A DNA stretch of 64,000 bases from Candidatus Multivoradales bacterium (GCA_965248925.1 CBDFLE010000006.1:2880001-2944000); one strand, 5' to 3'. Counted from the first letter of the stretch, positions 40,477 to 49,833 are shown. Made by a program: numbers and translations. Notes: generated by a model not told the origin, from the sequence alone.

Positions 40477-40677
40477 ATGCAGATCAATTGCGGCAAGGAC
40501 CTAGAAAAGGCGCGAGTTGCGAAGGGGTACTCGCAGAAGCGCCTCGCAAACGATCTCGGTATGGATCCAAGCACCCTTTGTCGACTCGAATCGAGAGCAG
40601 GACTCCCCAAGGCTTGGATCATGTGGGAGAAGCTCAGAATGCTGCTGGGAGTTTCTGCAGGGAAGCGGTCGCTTTGA
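40477..40677 (+). CDS. Cro-like XRE HTH protein
   Basis: LEKARVAKGYSQKRLANDLGMDPSTLCRLE. Confidence 0.85.
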   Translation: MQINCGKDLEKARVAKGYSQKRLANDLGMDPSTLCRLESRAGLPKAWIMWEKLRMLLGVSAGKRSL

Positions 40678-40708
40678 GCAAGAAGGACGACCGCAAGGGA
40701 CTCGGCCG

Positions 40709-41017
40709 ATGACCATCCAGGTCGGCTATCTCCCCAACGACCCGCGCCCGGTGGTGGACGACGACTGTGTGCCGGTGTCGCTGGAGTTGTTCGCCGAAGA
40801 GGTGGGCGTGGCGTCCAAGTTGCTGCGCAACCACATCTACGCCGGCAAGGCGCGGCTGTGGCCCGAGTTCTTCCGGGTCAACCGCAAGACCTTCACCACC
40901 CGCGGCGCCATCCGCCGCTGGGTGACCACGCTGACCTCCACCCACGCCGCGCTCGACGCGATGGACGACGCCGACGTGGCCTTTGCCGAGCTGGATCGGC
41001 TCGAGGAGGTCTGCTGA
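40709..41017 (+). CDS. Excisionase/AlpA-like winged-HTH protein 1
   Basis: VSLELFAEEVGVASKLLRN...WPEFFRV..TTRGAIRRW. Confidence 0.6.
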   Translation: MTIQVGYLPNDPRPVVDDDCVPVSLELFAEEVGVASKLLRNHIYAGKARLWPEFFRVNRKTFTTRGAIRRWVTTLTSTHAALDAMDDADVAFAELDRLEEVC

Positions 41018-41349
41018 TGGCAGGCGCGCCCGAAGTTCCCGAATGGGCAGAGCCGCTGATCCGCGCGGTGGTGCGCGAGGCGCTGGCCCTGCATCGCCCC
41101 CGCCGAGTGGCCGGCCTAGTGCGGCTCGATGAGTTCGCCGCCGCGATGGGGTTCGAGAAGAAGACCTTCCAGAACGACTTTGCCCCCGGCGCCACCCGCC
41201 AGCAACGGCAGCGGTGGCCCGAGTTCAAGAGAACGGGCGCCGGGTGGCTCACCACTGTCGACGCGATCGAGCAGTGGCACCAGAGCGGCCGGTCGTCCTG
41301 GGTGGGTTCGCAAGCCGTCGAATCCGCCCTCGAAAGGCTCGCGGGCTGA
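41017..41349 (+). CDS. Excisionase/AlpA-like winged-HTH protein 2
   Basis: VRLDEFAAAMGFEKKTFQN...WPEFKRT..TTVDAIEQW; GAGGAGG RBS, TGATG coupling. Confidence 0.6.
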   Translation: MAGAPEVPEWAEPLIRAVVREALALHRPRRVAGLVRLDEFAAAMGFEKKTFQNDFAPGATRQQRQRWPEFKRTGAGWLTTVDAIEQWHQSGRSSWVGSQAVESALERLAG

Positions 41350-41376
41350 TGTCCACCTGCCAACAAATTCCCTCAA

Positions 41377-41435
41377 CGGCCCACCCGGCGCTCCTTCTAT
41401 ACGGGTCCGCACCCCGCCGGGTGGGCCGACTTTTT
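41377..41435 (+). terminator. Large-loop intrinsic terminator/attenuator in the early operon
   Basis: 14-bp stem CGGCCCACCCGGCG / CGCCGGGTGGGCCG followed by ACTTTTT. Confidence 0.7.
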
Positions 41436-41730
41436 GACGTTCGGCACCACCAGTTCAGCGCCCAACAGTCCACATGCCTCCAGGCAGCTCGGGAGCCAGC
41501 GAGCGCTCAGCAGCCGGCCCATCCGCACCACATCCGCCGGGTTCTCCCGCTCGTCGGTGTCGCGTGTGGCTGGGCCGCCTGGTGCGCGCTGTTGCGCACC
41601 TGTTCGATGTTTGGTCCGCGGCGGGCCGGTCTGTCCACTGGATCGGCCGGTCCGCCACTAGCCAACTTGTTGCACCAGTCGGCCTCGACAGGATTGATCA
41701 GGCCCGAACGATCTGACAACGGAGGTCACC

Positions 41731-42087
41731 ATGTCACCACCCCGTTTCGACCCTGATCGGGTCCCCAAGACTTACTTGGCAGCCGCCGCGTTGGCAGCCG
41801 CCGCTGTAGCCAAAGCCGTGGCCGACTGGGCCGGGCTAGATGCAGCGGCAGTGCCCCACCTAGAGTCCGTGTTAGTGGCCCTGATGGTGGGCGCCGGCGC
41901 CGCCGGTCTGGCGCTGCTACGCCGAGCCATTCGGCGAGTAGAGGCCGCTTTCGATGGTGCGCTTGCCGGTGATCCACCCAGCAGCACCGAGCCCCCGGTG
42001 GAGCTTCAATGGCGATCAAGACTCCCATCAGGTGACGGCCCCTCGTGGACCGGCACCGATGTCGCCGAGCCAGAGCTGGACGAGTGA
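41731..42087 (+). CDS. Hypothetical two-TM membrane protein
   Basis: GGAGG RBS; two hydrophobic Ala-rich segments. Confidence 0.65.
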   Translation: MSPPRFDPDRVPKTYLAAAALAAAAVAKAVADWAGLDAAAVPHLESVLVALMVGAGAAGLALLRRAIRRVEAAFDGALAGDPPSSTEPPVELQWRSRLPSGDGPSWTGTDVAEPELDE

Positions 42088-42092
42088 CGATC

Positions 42093-42653
42093 ATGCACGC
42101 CATCACCCTATGGCAGCCCTGGGCCTGGGCCGTGGCCCACGCCGGCAAGGGCGTGGAAAATCGAACCTGGAGCCCACCCCAATATCTAGTGGGTAAGTGG
42201 CTCGCTATTCACGCGGGGCTGCAGCTAGATGACTCTGCCGTGGATTGCCTGTTCGATGAGGGCTTTCAGGTGCCGCCGACTCTCGATCACGGCGCGGTGG
42301 TGGCCGTGGCCCGGCTGGGATCGATCACCACCGAGCGGCCTCCGGTTGACGATCCTCAGCACCGCTGGTGGTTCGGCCCCAAGGCTTGGATGCTGCACGA
42401 TGTGGTGGCCCTGCCGCTGCCGGTCAAGGCCCGTGGCATGCGGAAAGTCTGGCCCCTTAGTGAGCAAATCGCTGTCGAGGTTCGGAAACAGATGGCGTTT
42501 CGCCGGTGGCTGCAGAAGCTCAACACCGTCTGGCACGAGTTCCACGACGGCGAGAACGACTACGCCACTGACGCAACGGTCTGGTGGCCCTACTTCCTTG
42601 ACTACCCGCACGACCCCGCCGAAGCCTTGGCCGCGGACCTGGCAGGTTTCTGA
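42093..42653 (+). CDS. ASCH domain protein
   Basis: AITLWQPWAWAV..GKGVENRTW, LAIHAG. Confidence 0.88.
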   Translation: MHAITLWQPWAWAVAHAGKGVENRTWSPPQYLVGKWLAIHAGLQLDDSAVDCLFDEGFQVPPTLDHGAVVAVARLGSITTERPPVDDPQHRWWFGPKAWMLHDVVALPLPVKARGMRKVWPLSEQIAVEVRKQMAFRRWLQKLNTVWHEFHDGENDYATDATVWWPYFLDYPHDPAEALAADLAGF

Positions 42654-42663
42654 GGAGATTCGG

Positions 42664-42963
42664 ATGCAGATATTCCTCTCAACCGCGCCTCTGTGGATCT
42701 GGTGGGCGCTGGCCCTCCTGGGCTTGCTGGCCCTGGCCGCAATCGCTTATTGGGAACGCACCAAAGCCCGAGCGCTCTGTCGCCTGTCGCGGCAGGTACG
42801 CATCCACCCCGAGCGCCTGGCCTCGCGGTGGTATCCCCGCGCGGTGGTCAACGCCGCGCTCCGCAGCCTGGCCCGCCAGAGGTGGGTCGTCGTCGACAAG
42901 GTCGGCGCGCGGCTGACCCGTGACGGGCAGCGATGGGTACACATGCACCTAGTGCCGTCGTGA
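42664..42963 (+). CDS. Hypothetical protein with N-terminal TM
   Basis: GAGGAG RBS; TM followed by a short basic domain. Confidence 0.6.
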   Translation: MQIFLSTAPLWIWWALALLGLLALAAIAYWERTKARALCRLSRQVRIHPERLASRWYPRAVVNAALRSLARQRWVVVDKVGARLTRDGQRWVHMHLVPS

Positions 42964-43002
42964 TCCGGCCGCTCCGAACACTGCAACTAATTAGGAGACC
43001 TT

Positions 43003-43344
43003 ATGTCTGATTTTCTAGGCCTGGTAAGGCAGATACGCACCGGCGACCTAGCCACCGAGCTGGACGAAGCCCTCGGGATGTTGGTCGAGGCCGTCGAGGC
43101 CACGACCAAGGGCGGCACGCTGACGCTCAAGCTCAGCATCGCTCCAATATCCAAGGGCAATGCCGATGCAGTCTCTCTTACTGCGCACGTCAAGTCGAGG
43201 CTGCCCGAGCCCGAGCGCCCCAAGCAGATCTTCTTTCCGACCGACAACCACGGCCTGGCCCGGCACGATCCGCGGCAAATGGCCATCGACGACCTGGCGG
43301 AGCCAGCCACTGTGGGGCCCGCCCCACTCAGAGAGGTGAGTTGA
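43003..43344 (+). CDS. Phage hypothetical protein upstream of DUF2303
   Basis: AGGAG RBS; IRTGDLATELDEAL..LVEAVEATTKGGTLTLKL...LARHDPRQ. Confidence 0.8.
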   Translation: MSDFLGLVRQIRTGDLATELDEALGMLVEAVEATTKGGTLTLKLSIAPISKGNADAVSLTAHVKSRLPEPERPKQIFFPTDNHGLARHDPRQMAIDDLAEPATVGPAPLREVS

Positions 43345-43345
43345 A

Positions 43346-44152
43346 ATGAACCTAACAAGCAAGATGGACCTGCAGCAGATCACGGAATTGGCGACCGACG
43401 CCGCCGGACCCGTCGTTCTGGACGGGCTGAAGCCCTATGCACTGGTACGCCGCGACTGTGCTCTGGTTGAGCTTCCTGAAACCCTCGCTCGACCGCGGCG
43501 GCTGCGCGCAAAACGATTTTTCTCGCGTTCCGAGAGTTTCGTGCGGTACTGCGCCAATTTCGGGACCTCGTCGTAGATATACATGTTCAACGACGACGCC
43601 CAGATGCCTTCGGTGATGGCGACGCTGGACTATCACGACGACAGCAAGTCGCCGACCCACTGCGCCCACAAGGCGGTCTACAACCTCCAAACAACTCCGG
43701 AATGGGACCTTTGGAACCAGTTCTCCAGCGAGCCAATGTCTCAAGGGAAGTTTGCCAGGTTCCTCGAGGATAACCTCCCCGACATCGCCGACCCGCCCGG
43801 CGCCGACCTGCTGGAAATGGCCACGTCGTTCGAGGCCAGCACAAAAGTGCAGTTCAAATCGTCTATGCGTCTAGAGGACGGTTCCCGCCAGCTGGTCTAC
43901 GAGAAGCAAATCGACGGCCGTTGCAGTCAAGGATCCATGGAGGTGCCGAGCACTTTCACCTTGGGCTTGTCACCGTTCCGCGGTGCCAAAACGTACAAGC
44001 TCGATGCCCGCTTCCGGTACCAGATCAATGAGGGCAACCTGACGGTTTGGTATGAGTTGGTACGGCCTCGCAAGGTCTTTGAGGACGCTTGCGACGGCGA
44101 GCTGGCCAGCATTGCCCAAGAGTTGTCGGTGGAGATCCTCTACGGGTCCTGA
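43346..44152 (+). pseudogene. DUF2303 (YfdQ-like) phage protein interrupted by an in-frame TAG
   Basis: ORFs 43346-43576 and 43583-44152 share a frame (..GTSS*IYMF..); LDYH, MSQGKFARFLEDN, ARFRY motifs. Confidence 0.8.
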
Positions 44153-44155
44153 TCG

Positions 44156-44818
44156 ATGGCTACCTTCCATCAAGTCCCCGCCCCCTTCCCGCTGGCCCAG
44201 GTGGTCAGCGGGAAAGGCTTCCGGTTCTCCGGCGCCAGGGCTCGGGTCTACGACCTGCTGCTGCAGACAAAGCAGCGTCAGTACCAGCACCGCATCGGCA
44301 GCGAACTGGGGCCGTCAGGATGGGTGCCCGTGCATCTGTTCCGCGAGCCGTGGAGCGGTGGACAGTCGGGCGGCCGCCGCGTGCGCGAGCTACGCGAATA
44401 CGGCGCCGAAGTCGAAATTCAGCCCTTCCAGGGCTCGGACACCACGGTCTACCGCCTGACATCCGAGATTGAGACTTCCGGCGCGGCAGTGGCCACGGAC
44501 CGCGCCACAGCGACTGTGCCGATGGGATTCGACTCGGTGGAGTTCTCGGTCCACCGCGGATACCCGCCAGCCGACTCCGGTGATCCCTATCCATTAGTGG
44601 AGGGGGGCCGCCTGCTGAGCCCATCGCCGGCGGCGACCTGCCCCGCAGACTACCGTCAGGAGCTGCGCGCTCTACACGCCTCGGGCGAGCTGCTGCGCGA
44701 GCTGGCCGGGGGCCGCTGGGCGATCTATATGCCCAGCAACTACAGCTTGCCTTGCAAACCGCTACAGGTGATCGCCGAAGCCCTATTGGCCTGCGGCGCC
44801 CGGAGGATGGATCTGTGA
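44156..44818 (+). CDS. Hypothetical protein with wHTH-like segment
   Basis: GGRRVRELREYG..YRL pattern. Confidence 0.6.
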   Translation: MATFHQVPAPFPLAQVVSGKGFRFSGARARVYDLLLQTKQRQYQHRIGSELGPSGWVPVHLFREPWSGGQSGGRRVRELREYGAEVEIQPFQGSDTTVYRLTSEIETSGAAVATDRATATVPMGFDSVEFSVHRGYPPADSGDPYPLVEGGRLLSPSPAATCPADYRQELRALHASGELLRELAGGRWAIYMPSNYSLPCKPLQVIAEALLACGARRMDL

Positions 44819-45144
44819 CCGAGGTGCGCAACCGCGCGATCGCGGCTCTCGCAGAACGCGAGGACCTGACCAACGACGACGTACGCCACCTCTCCGGAGA
44901 CCGGGTGCGCCAGCACCGTGGCGATGGCGGCCTGGAGATCTACGTATCCCGCGGCCACCTGGCGACTCTCAAAGTCAAACTCTCCCCGGCGCAGTCCGAG
45001 GCGCTCTTGATGTGGATGGAGGAGTCCCGAGGTTGGGGCTCCGAATGCCCACTGTTCCCGGGGCGCGACCCCACTAACCCAATCAGCCGCAGTGGATTCG
45101 AGGCTGCGCTGCGCCGAGATCGTATGGAGGTGAGTTGTGCGTAG
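44815..45144 (+). CDS. Small protein resembling a truncated, inactive tyrosine recombinase catalytic domain
   Basis: RNRAIAAL...LTNDDVRHL...VKLSPAQSEALLMW...PLFPGR...PISRSGF; no catalytic R, HxxR or Y. Confidence 0.55.
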   Translation: MTEVRNRAIAALAEREDLTNDDVRHLSGDRVRQHRGDGGLEIYVSRGHLATLKVKLSPAQSEALLMWMEESRGWGSECPLFPGRDPTNPISRSGFEAALRRDRMEVSCA

Positions 45145-46627
45145 ATCTCTCCGGGTGGCCCAAGCGGCCTTACTTGCTCTGCTGATCGTCTCTTGCCCGG
45201 TCTTCGGCGCCGATTGGCACGGTCGAAGCGACTGCGTGACCGACGGCGCCCAGGCTCTGCGCCTGGCCGTGGTCGAGGGGGACTGCCAGTCCTGGGGCCG
45301 GCCTCATGTCAAGGCCTGCCTGCCTAGCTCGATGGCGACGCCGCCCAAGGGCTCGGGCAACTGGCCAGTGCAGCTGCTGGGCGCGCTGGCGATCTGTGGC
45401 GACGCCCAGGCTGCGCGAGAGCTAGTGCCGATGCTCGCCGGCAGCCCTCCGTGGGGGCTCAACGGCAAGGAGTCGTTTTCCCTTGTCTACGCCGCGGCCA
45501 ATCTCGGCACGGTGATGCTCATGCTCTCGGTAGAGCCCGAGCAGCACCGCGCCGCAGTACTCCAACGCTGGATACGAGCCCATCTGGCTTTTCTCCGCTT
45601 GCACTTGGTGCCCGCGGGGACGCCGCTCGAAGTCTGGATTGGTGGCGTGGAGGGCGAGCGTGGTCAGGGAGTGCTCGAGCGGGGAGAGTACGTCAACCCT
45701 ACCGGTGACCGAAGCGTAATTGGCGCCGATCCGGTGCGCCATCTCATCCCCGATCGCTCGCCGCTGACGACCCTCTACCGATGGTGTACAGGCTCGCTCA
45801 ATCGCCGCAAGTTCGACCCCAACACGAGGCGCTGGACGTGGATGCCCGCGATCTTGGCGGATGCCGCAGGCAACAACGGCGGCAAGCCGCTTGGCCCGAA
45901 GTACTGCGGCATCAGCGCCGCAGAGGTCAAGATGCTGCGCCGGCCACTCGTCAAGGGCGGCGAGCCGACCGCGACGCTCGATCTGGTAGCCCAAATGTTG
46001 GGCCAGTTCAAACACCCAGGAAATCCGGCTCGCCGGCCTGTCCGTAGCAGGCAGATCCTCGGCTGGGCAGATGGTAGCTGGGCCAGTGTGCTCAGCGCTT
46101 CGGCCAACGCCAACAAGCCCGCCATCGTCTTCAGCGCCTACGACGCCCGCCTACGCCGGGCTCAGGCAGTGGTGCCAAGCTTATTCCGGCCCGTGCGCGC
46201 CCGCAGCGCCACGGCCGCTCTGCACCTAGACGACGGGGCAGTTGGCGTAGCGAGCACAGACGGCTGGCGGCACAGCTTCCAGCTACCGGGCGGCGGGCTC
46301 GACCCGGTGTGGCGCCTGTCGTGGAGCGCCGACCGCGGGGTAGAGCTTTTCGCCTCGGGCTCGTTGAACCCCCGTGGCCCGCCAGAAGGTCCCCCAGCAC
46401 CCGACTCCGATGGGGCTCCTGAGCCTCCACCGCCTCCGCCGTCCGACCCCGCGCAGATCATCCGGGATCGGGCTCGGCGGCAATACCTCCGCCTAGAGCA
46501 CGACCTCATCGAGCTGCAAAAGCAAACCGAGGAACTACTGCGAACGCTCAGGCAAACCCGCCGCCACTTCGACCGAGCCGGCCGAGACTTCGGCTTGCGA
46601 CCTCAAACCCAGAAGCGTCAACAATAG
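45137..46627 (+). CDS. Secreted hypothetical protein (496 aa)
   Basis: Signal peptide, Cys-containing N-terminus, Pro-rich linker, C-terminal coiled coil. Confidence 0.7.
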   Translation: MRRSLRVAQAALLALLIVSCPVFGADWHGRSDCVTDGAQALRLAVVEGDCQSWGRPHVKACLPSSMATPPKGSGNWPVQLLGALAICGDAQAARELVPMLAGSPPWGLNGKESFSLVYAAANLGTVMLMLSVEPEQHRAAVLQRWIRAHLAFLRLHLVPAGTPLEVWIGGVEGERGQGVLERGEYVNPTGDRSVIGADPVRHLIPDRSPLTTLYRWCTGSLNRRKFDPNTRRWTWMPAILADAAGNNGGKPLGPKYCGISAAEVKMLRRPLVKGGEPTATLDLVAQMLGQFKHPGNPARRPVRSRQILGWADGSWASVLSASANANKPAIVFSAYDARLRRAQAVVPSLFRPVRARSATAALHLDDGAVGVASTDGWRHSFQLPGGGLDPVWRLSWSADRGVELFASGSLNPRGPPEGPPAPDSDGAPEPPPPPPSDPAQIIRDRARRQYLRLEHDLIELQKQTEELLRTLRQTRRHFDRAGRDFGLRPQTQKRQQ

Positions 46628-46636
46628 GGAGCGCAT

Positions 46637-47206
46637 ATGTCGATCCAAGAAATCCGCACCACCGCCGATCAGCTCAGGCTGCTCATGGACCAGGCCATGG
46701 AAGGGTTGCGCGCTGACCTCGACGAGTTCGAGGTCTCAGCCTCGGACCAGCTCGAGGTGATCGACGTGCAATTGTCCTCGCCACCCATGGATGACGTCGA
46801 GAAGCCCCCTCCGGAGACCTTCCATGTTTCTAATCCGGTGACTCCAGAGGTCTTTGCGCGCCATCTGGAAGAGGTCCAGAGCGCCGAAGACGCTGCCAAG
46901 CTGGTGGCAATGATCGCCGGCAACGCCGGCTTTAAAGTCCAGCTGCAGGCCGCAAAGCAGGTGGTATTCCGCAAGCTCGTTGGCTACGAGCGCCAGGCCG
47001 TCGAAGCGTCCGTAGCCTGGCAGATCGGGCGCAATCGACCAGCAAAGATAGGCATGGAGGTCGAAGAGATAATCGGCCGCAAGCGCGGCAAGCTGGTGCA
47101 GATGGTCAGCCAAAGACAGCGCGACCCCCGGCCGCTGGTCATGATCCAGGTCGGCAGCAGCCGGCCCAGGCAAGTGTCGGCTCCATCAGCGCTGCGGTTA
47201 GTCTGA
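46637..47206 (+). CDS. Hypothetical protein
   Basis: AGGGAG RBS, in operon. Confidence 0.65.
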   Translation: MSIQEIRTTADQLRLLMDQAMEGLRADLDEFEVSASDQLEVIDVQLSSPPMDDVEKPPPETFHVSNPVTPEVFARHLEEVQSAEDAAKLVAMIAGNAGFKVQLQAAKQVVFRKLVGYERQAVEASVAWQIGRNRPAKIGMEVEEIIGRKRGKLVQMVSQRQRDPRPLVMIQVGSSRPRQVSAPSALRLV

Positions 47207-47703
47207 TGCGCGTCACGATAACTCTCCAAAGATTCGCTTGCGCGCATTTGGTCGTCGAGCAGGTGGCCGAAATGTTCGCCGCCATCACCTGCAGCCAGGC
47301 CGGGTTCACGAACCGCGTCTGGACCTCGAGCGTCCTCAAGGTCCCGGAAGGGAAAACGGTATCTTGCGCCGGCATGCCTCGAGACAGAGTGACCTTCGAT
47401 GTTGAGTCGCGCTTGCCGTTGATCATGACGTGCAGCTTGTTTGACAGCGACGGCCACCAGCGAAAGCTGTTGCTCAAGGGTTTCAAAATGGCCCTCAGCA
47501 GCGCCGCCGCCGCTGGTAGAGGGTTGTACGGCGTCATCGACGCGATCTCCAACCACGCGCGAAAGGCCGACGCTATGGGCTCCGGCAGCTACCTGATCGA
47601 CCTCAAGGAAGGTGTCGCCGACGCCGCGAGATCCTGGACCATCGAGCCCGACGGCCGCGGCGCTCGCGGATCAGCAGCGCTGTCAGTGGAGTTCGCAGAG
47701 TGA
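47206..47703 (+). CDS. Hypothetical protein
   Basis: TGATG-coupled to the upstream ORF. Confidence 0.6.
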   Translation: MRVTITLQRFACAHLVVEQVAEMFAAITCSQAGFTNRVWTSSVLKVPEGKTVSCAGMPRDRVTFDVESRLPLIMTCSLFDSDGHQRKLLLKGFKMALSSAAAAGRGLYGVIDAISNHARKADAMGSGSYLIDLKEGVADAARSWTIEPDGRGARGSAALSVEFAE

Positions 47704-47767
47704 CGGGCCTTGAGGCGCTCCAGGGGAAAATCGACGCCTATCTCGGCAGAGTACCGGAGGCGGAGTT

Positions 47768-48808
47768 TTGACGTCGATCGAGTGGACCGACCGCTCGTGG
47801 AATCCGGTGAGAGGCTGCACGCGGGTCAGTGAGGGTTGCCGGAACTGTTACGCCGAGCGGCTGGCCTCGCGCTTCAGCGGGCCCGGCCTGGCCTTTGAGG
47901 GATTCGCGAAGCGCACCCAGTCTGGCGGCCGCTGGTCAGGCAGGGTTGCGCTGATTAGACACAAACTAGCCGAGCCTCTCAGCTGGCGCAAACAGCACCT
48001 GGTCTTCGTCAACTCGATGTCTGATCTCTTCCACGAGGATCTTGACTTTCACGAGATCGCGGCCGTCTTCGGAGTAATGAGCGGATCACCCAGGCAGACC
48101 TTCCAGGTACTGACCAAACGCCCGGGCCGCATGTTGGATTTCTTCAGGTGGCTTAGATGGCAAGCCTCTGATGATCCTTCCAGATTTTGCCAGTGGCAAG
48201 CTGCAGATGCAGGAGCACCACCCGATCGCCAGAACGATATCTGGCCTTTGCCCAACGTCTGGCTCGGTGTCAGCGTTGAGGACCAGGCAACCGCAGACGA
48301 GCGCATTCCGTTGCTTCTGCAAGCGCCAGCAACCCTTAGGTTCGTCAGCTACGAACCGGCGCTGGGGCCGGTGGAGTTCGGCAAGTACCTAGCCGAGCCC
48401 GACGGGGAGACCTGCTACCACTCCGGAAAAGGTCGAGGGATCGACTGGATCATAGCCGGCGGCGAGAGCGGGCCGGGTGCAAGACCGCCTCATCCAGACT
48501 GGTTCAGAGCGGCTCGCGACCAATGCTATTGCTTTCGAGTGCCGTTCTTTTTCAAGCAATGGGGCGCCTACCAGGTTGGCTCGGCCAAGCAGGGTCAATA
48601 TCAGACCACGGTGGTCAATGATGGCCGGCATTTCGATGGCGAGATCATCATCGCCAACGCGGAACTCACGGCCGCCTGGCCGACTCTGCGAGCAGTAGTC
48701 ATGGCAAGGGTCGGGAAAGGCCACGCCGGTCGCGATCTCGATAGCCGGACCTGGGATCAGTTCCCGGAGGACTACTCGACTCGCAGCGAGCTGGAGCCAA
48801 TCGCATGA
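47768..48808 (+). CDS. DUF5131 (phage Gp37/Gp68) family protein
   Basis: IEWTD.SWNPVRGCTRVSEGCRNCYAE, FVNSMSDLFHE, LTKRP, GGESG, PFFFKQWG. Confidence 0.95.
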   Translation: MTSIEWTDRSWNPVRGCTRVSEGCRNCYAERLASRFSGPGLAFEGFAKRTQSGGRWSGRVALIRHKLAEPLSWRKQHLVFVNSMSDLFHEDLDFHEIAAVFGVMSGSPRQTFQVLTKRPGRMLDFFRWLRWQASDDPSRFCQWQAADAGAPPDRQNDIWPLPNVWLGVSVEDQATADERIPLLLQAPATLRFVSYEPALGPVEFGKYLAEPDGETCYHSGKGRGIDWIIAGGESGPGARPPHPDWFRAARDQCYCFRVPFFFKQWGAYQVGSAKQGQYQTTVVNDGRHFDGEIIIANAELTAAWPTLRAVVMARVGKGHAGRDLDSRTWDQFPEDYSTRSELEPIA

Positions 48809-49833
48809 CTCGCAACGCATCGCGACGCGCACTTTTGTTGGAATCAGTTCGGGCAGAGATGGTGCGTCAAGATGAACTGTGGGGCTGGCCTCGTTGCAGC
48901 GACTACCTGTTCGATGACGACTGTGATGATGGAGAGTTCGACAACCTGAGCAATCAGATGTTGCTGATGGAGCTTCGCAGCCGAGAGCTTATTGATAACC
49001 AGCGTCCTTGCTGGCAGGCAATCTTGGGCGAAGAAATCGGTGAGGTTGCGCGGGAATCTGATCCAGCACGGCGCCTTGAAGAGCTGATTCAGGTCGCTGC
49101 GGTTGCGCTCGCTTGGGCTCAGGCGATCAAGGAAGAGAATTCGCATGTCTTCGGCTACGGCAGGAGCACAGTGGCGGCCGCGGAAGTAGACGGCTCTTGT
49201 GAAAGCCACGATGCCTGTCATCGAGTCGAGGCCGCCGGACCGAACCTACCGAGCGTCGCAAGCGTGGAAGCGTGGGTCATCGGCCGCGGCTACCGCGGCA
49301 CGTTGGAGATGCTGCGTCGCTTCGAGGGTCACCAGGGCCGCCCCTACTGGCCTGGCGGCGAGTCGGGCGTCACTCTCGATCCTGGCGTTGACCTCGGCTA
49401 CATCGACCCCGAGATCGTCCGCCGCGTTTACGGCCCTGCCGTCTACGACGTCGTGCTACCTGTGCTTGGACTCCGCGGACGGTCGGCCAAGCACGCTCTG
49501 CAGAGTACTAGCGCGCTCAAGCGCCTGGAGATCACTCCAGAGCAAGCAGAGCGATCCAGGCCACGGGTTGCGAGCCCCTATTGGGTCCAGATTTCTACCC
49601 GCTTTGCAGCTCTACGCCAGGCGCCGGCACCAGTCCAAGAGGCCCTGCTCTCGCTGGCCTACAACCGCGGTCCGCACAACCGCCACTTGGAGAGTCTGCT
49701 CGCACCCATTGTCGCTGGCGACTGGCCCCGCCTGGCCGACCTCGTGGGACAGATGCAGCAGCAACACCGTCTGCCCGGCATCCGTCGCCGGCGACAGGCC
49801 GAGGCCGAGTTGATTCGGACAGCGGAGTCATGA
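48805..49833 (+). CDS. MazG-like helical domain fused to a pesticin/T4-lysozyme-like muramidase
   Basis: ILGEEIGEVARE..EELIQVAAVA, then FEG..PYWPGGESGVT..GVDLG, LLSLAYNRG, GIRRRRQAEAELI. Confidence 0.75.
   Translation: MTRNASRRALLLESVRAEMVRQDELWGWPRCSDYLFDDDCDDGEFDNLSNQMLLMELRSRELIDNQRPCWQAILGEEIGEVARESDPARRLEELIQVAAVALAWAQAIKEENSHVFGYGRSTVAAAEVDGSCESHDACHRVEAAGPNLPSVASVEAWVIGRGYRGTLEMLRRFEGHQGRPYWPGGESGVTLDPGVDLGYIDPEIVRRVYGPAVYDVVLPVLGLRGRSAKHALQSTSALKRLEITPEQAERSRPRVASPYWVQISTRFAALRQAPAPVQEALLSLAYNRGPHNRHLESLLAPIVAGDWPRLADLVGQMQQQHRLPGIRRRRQAEAELIRTAES

Noticed and set aside
43574-43576. Phage-wide TAG recoding
   Set aside because: The integrase, SIR2-like, 496-aa and TerL genes end at TAG with the next feature directly after; no suppressor tRNA is seen.
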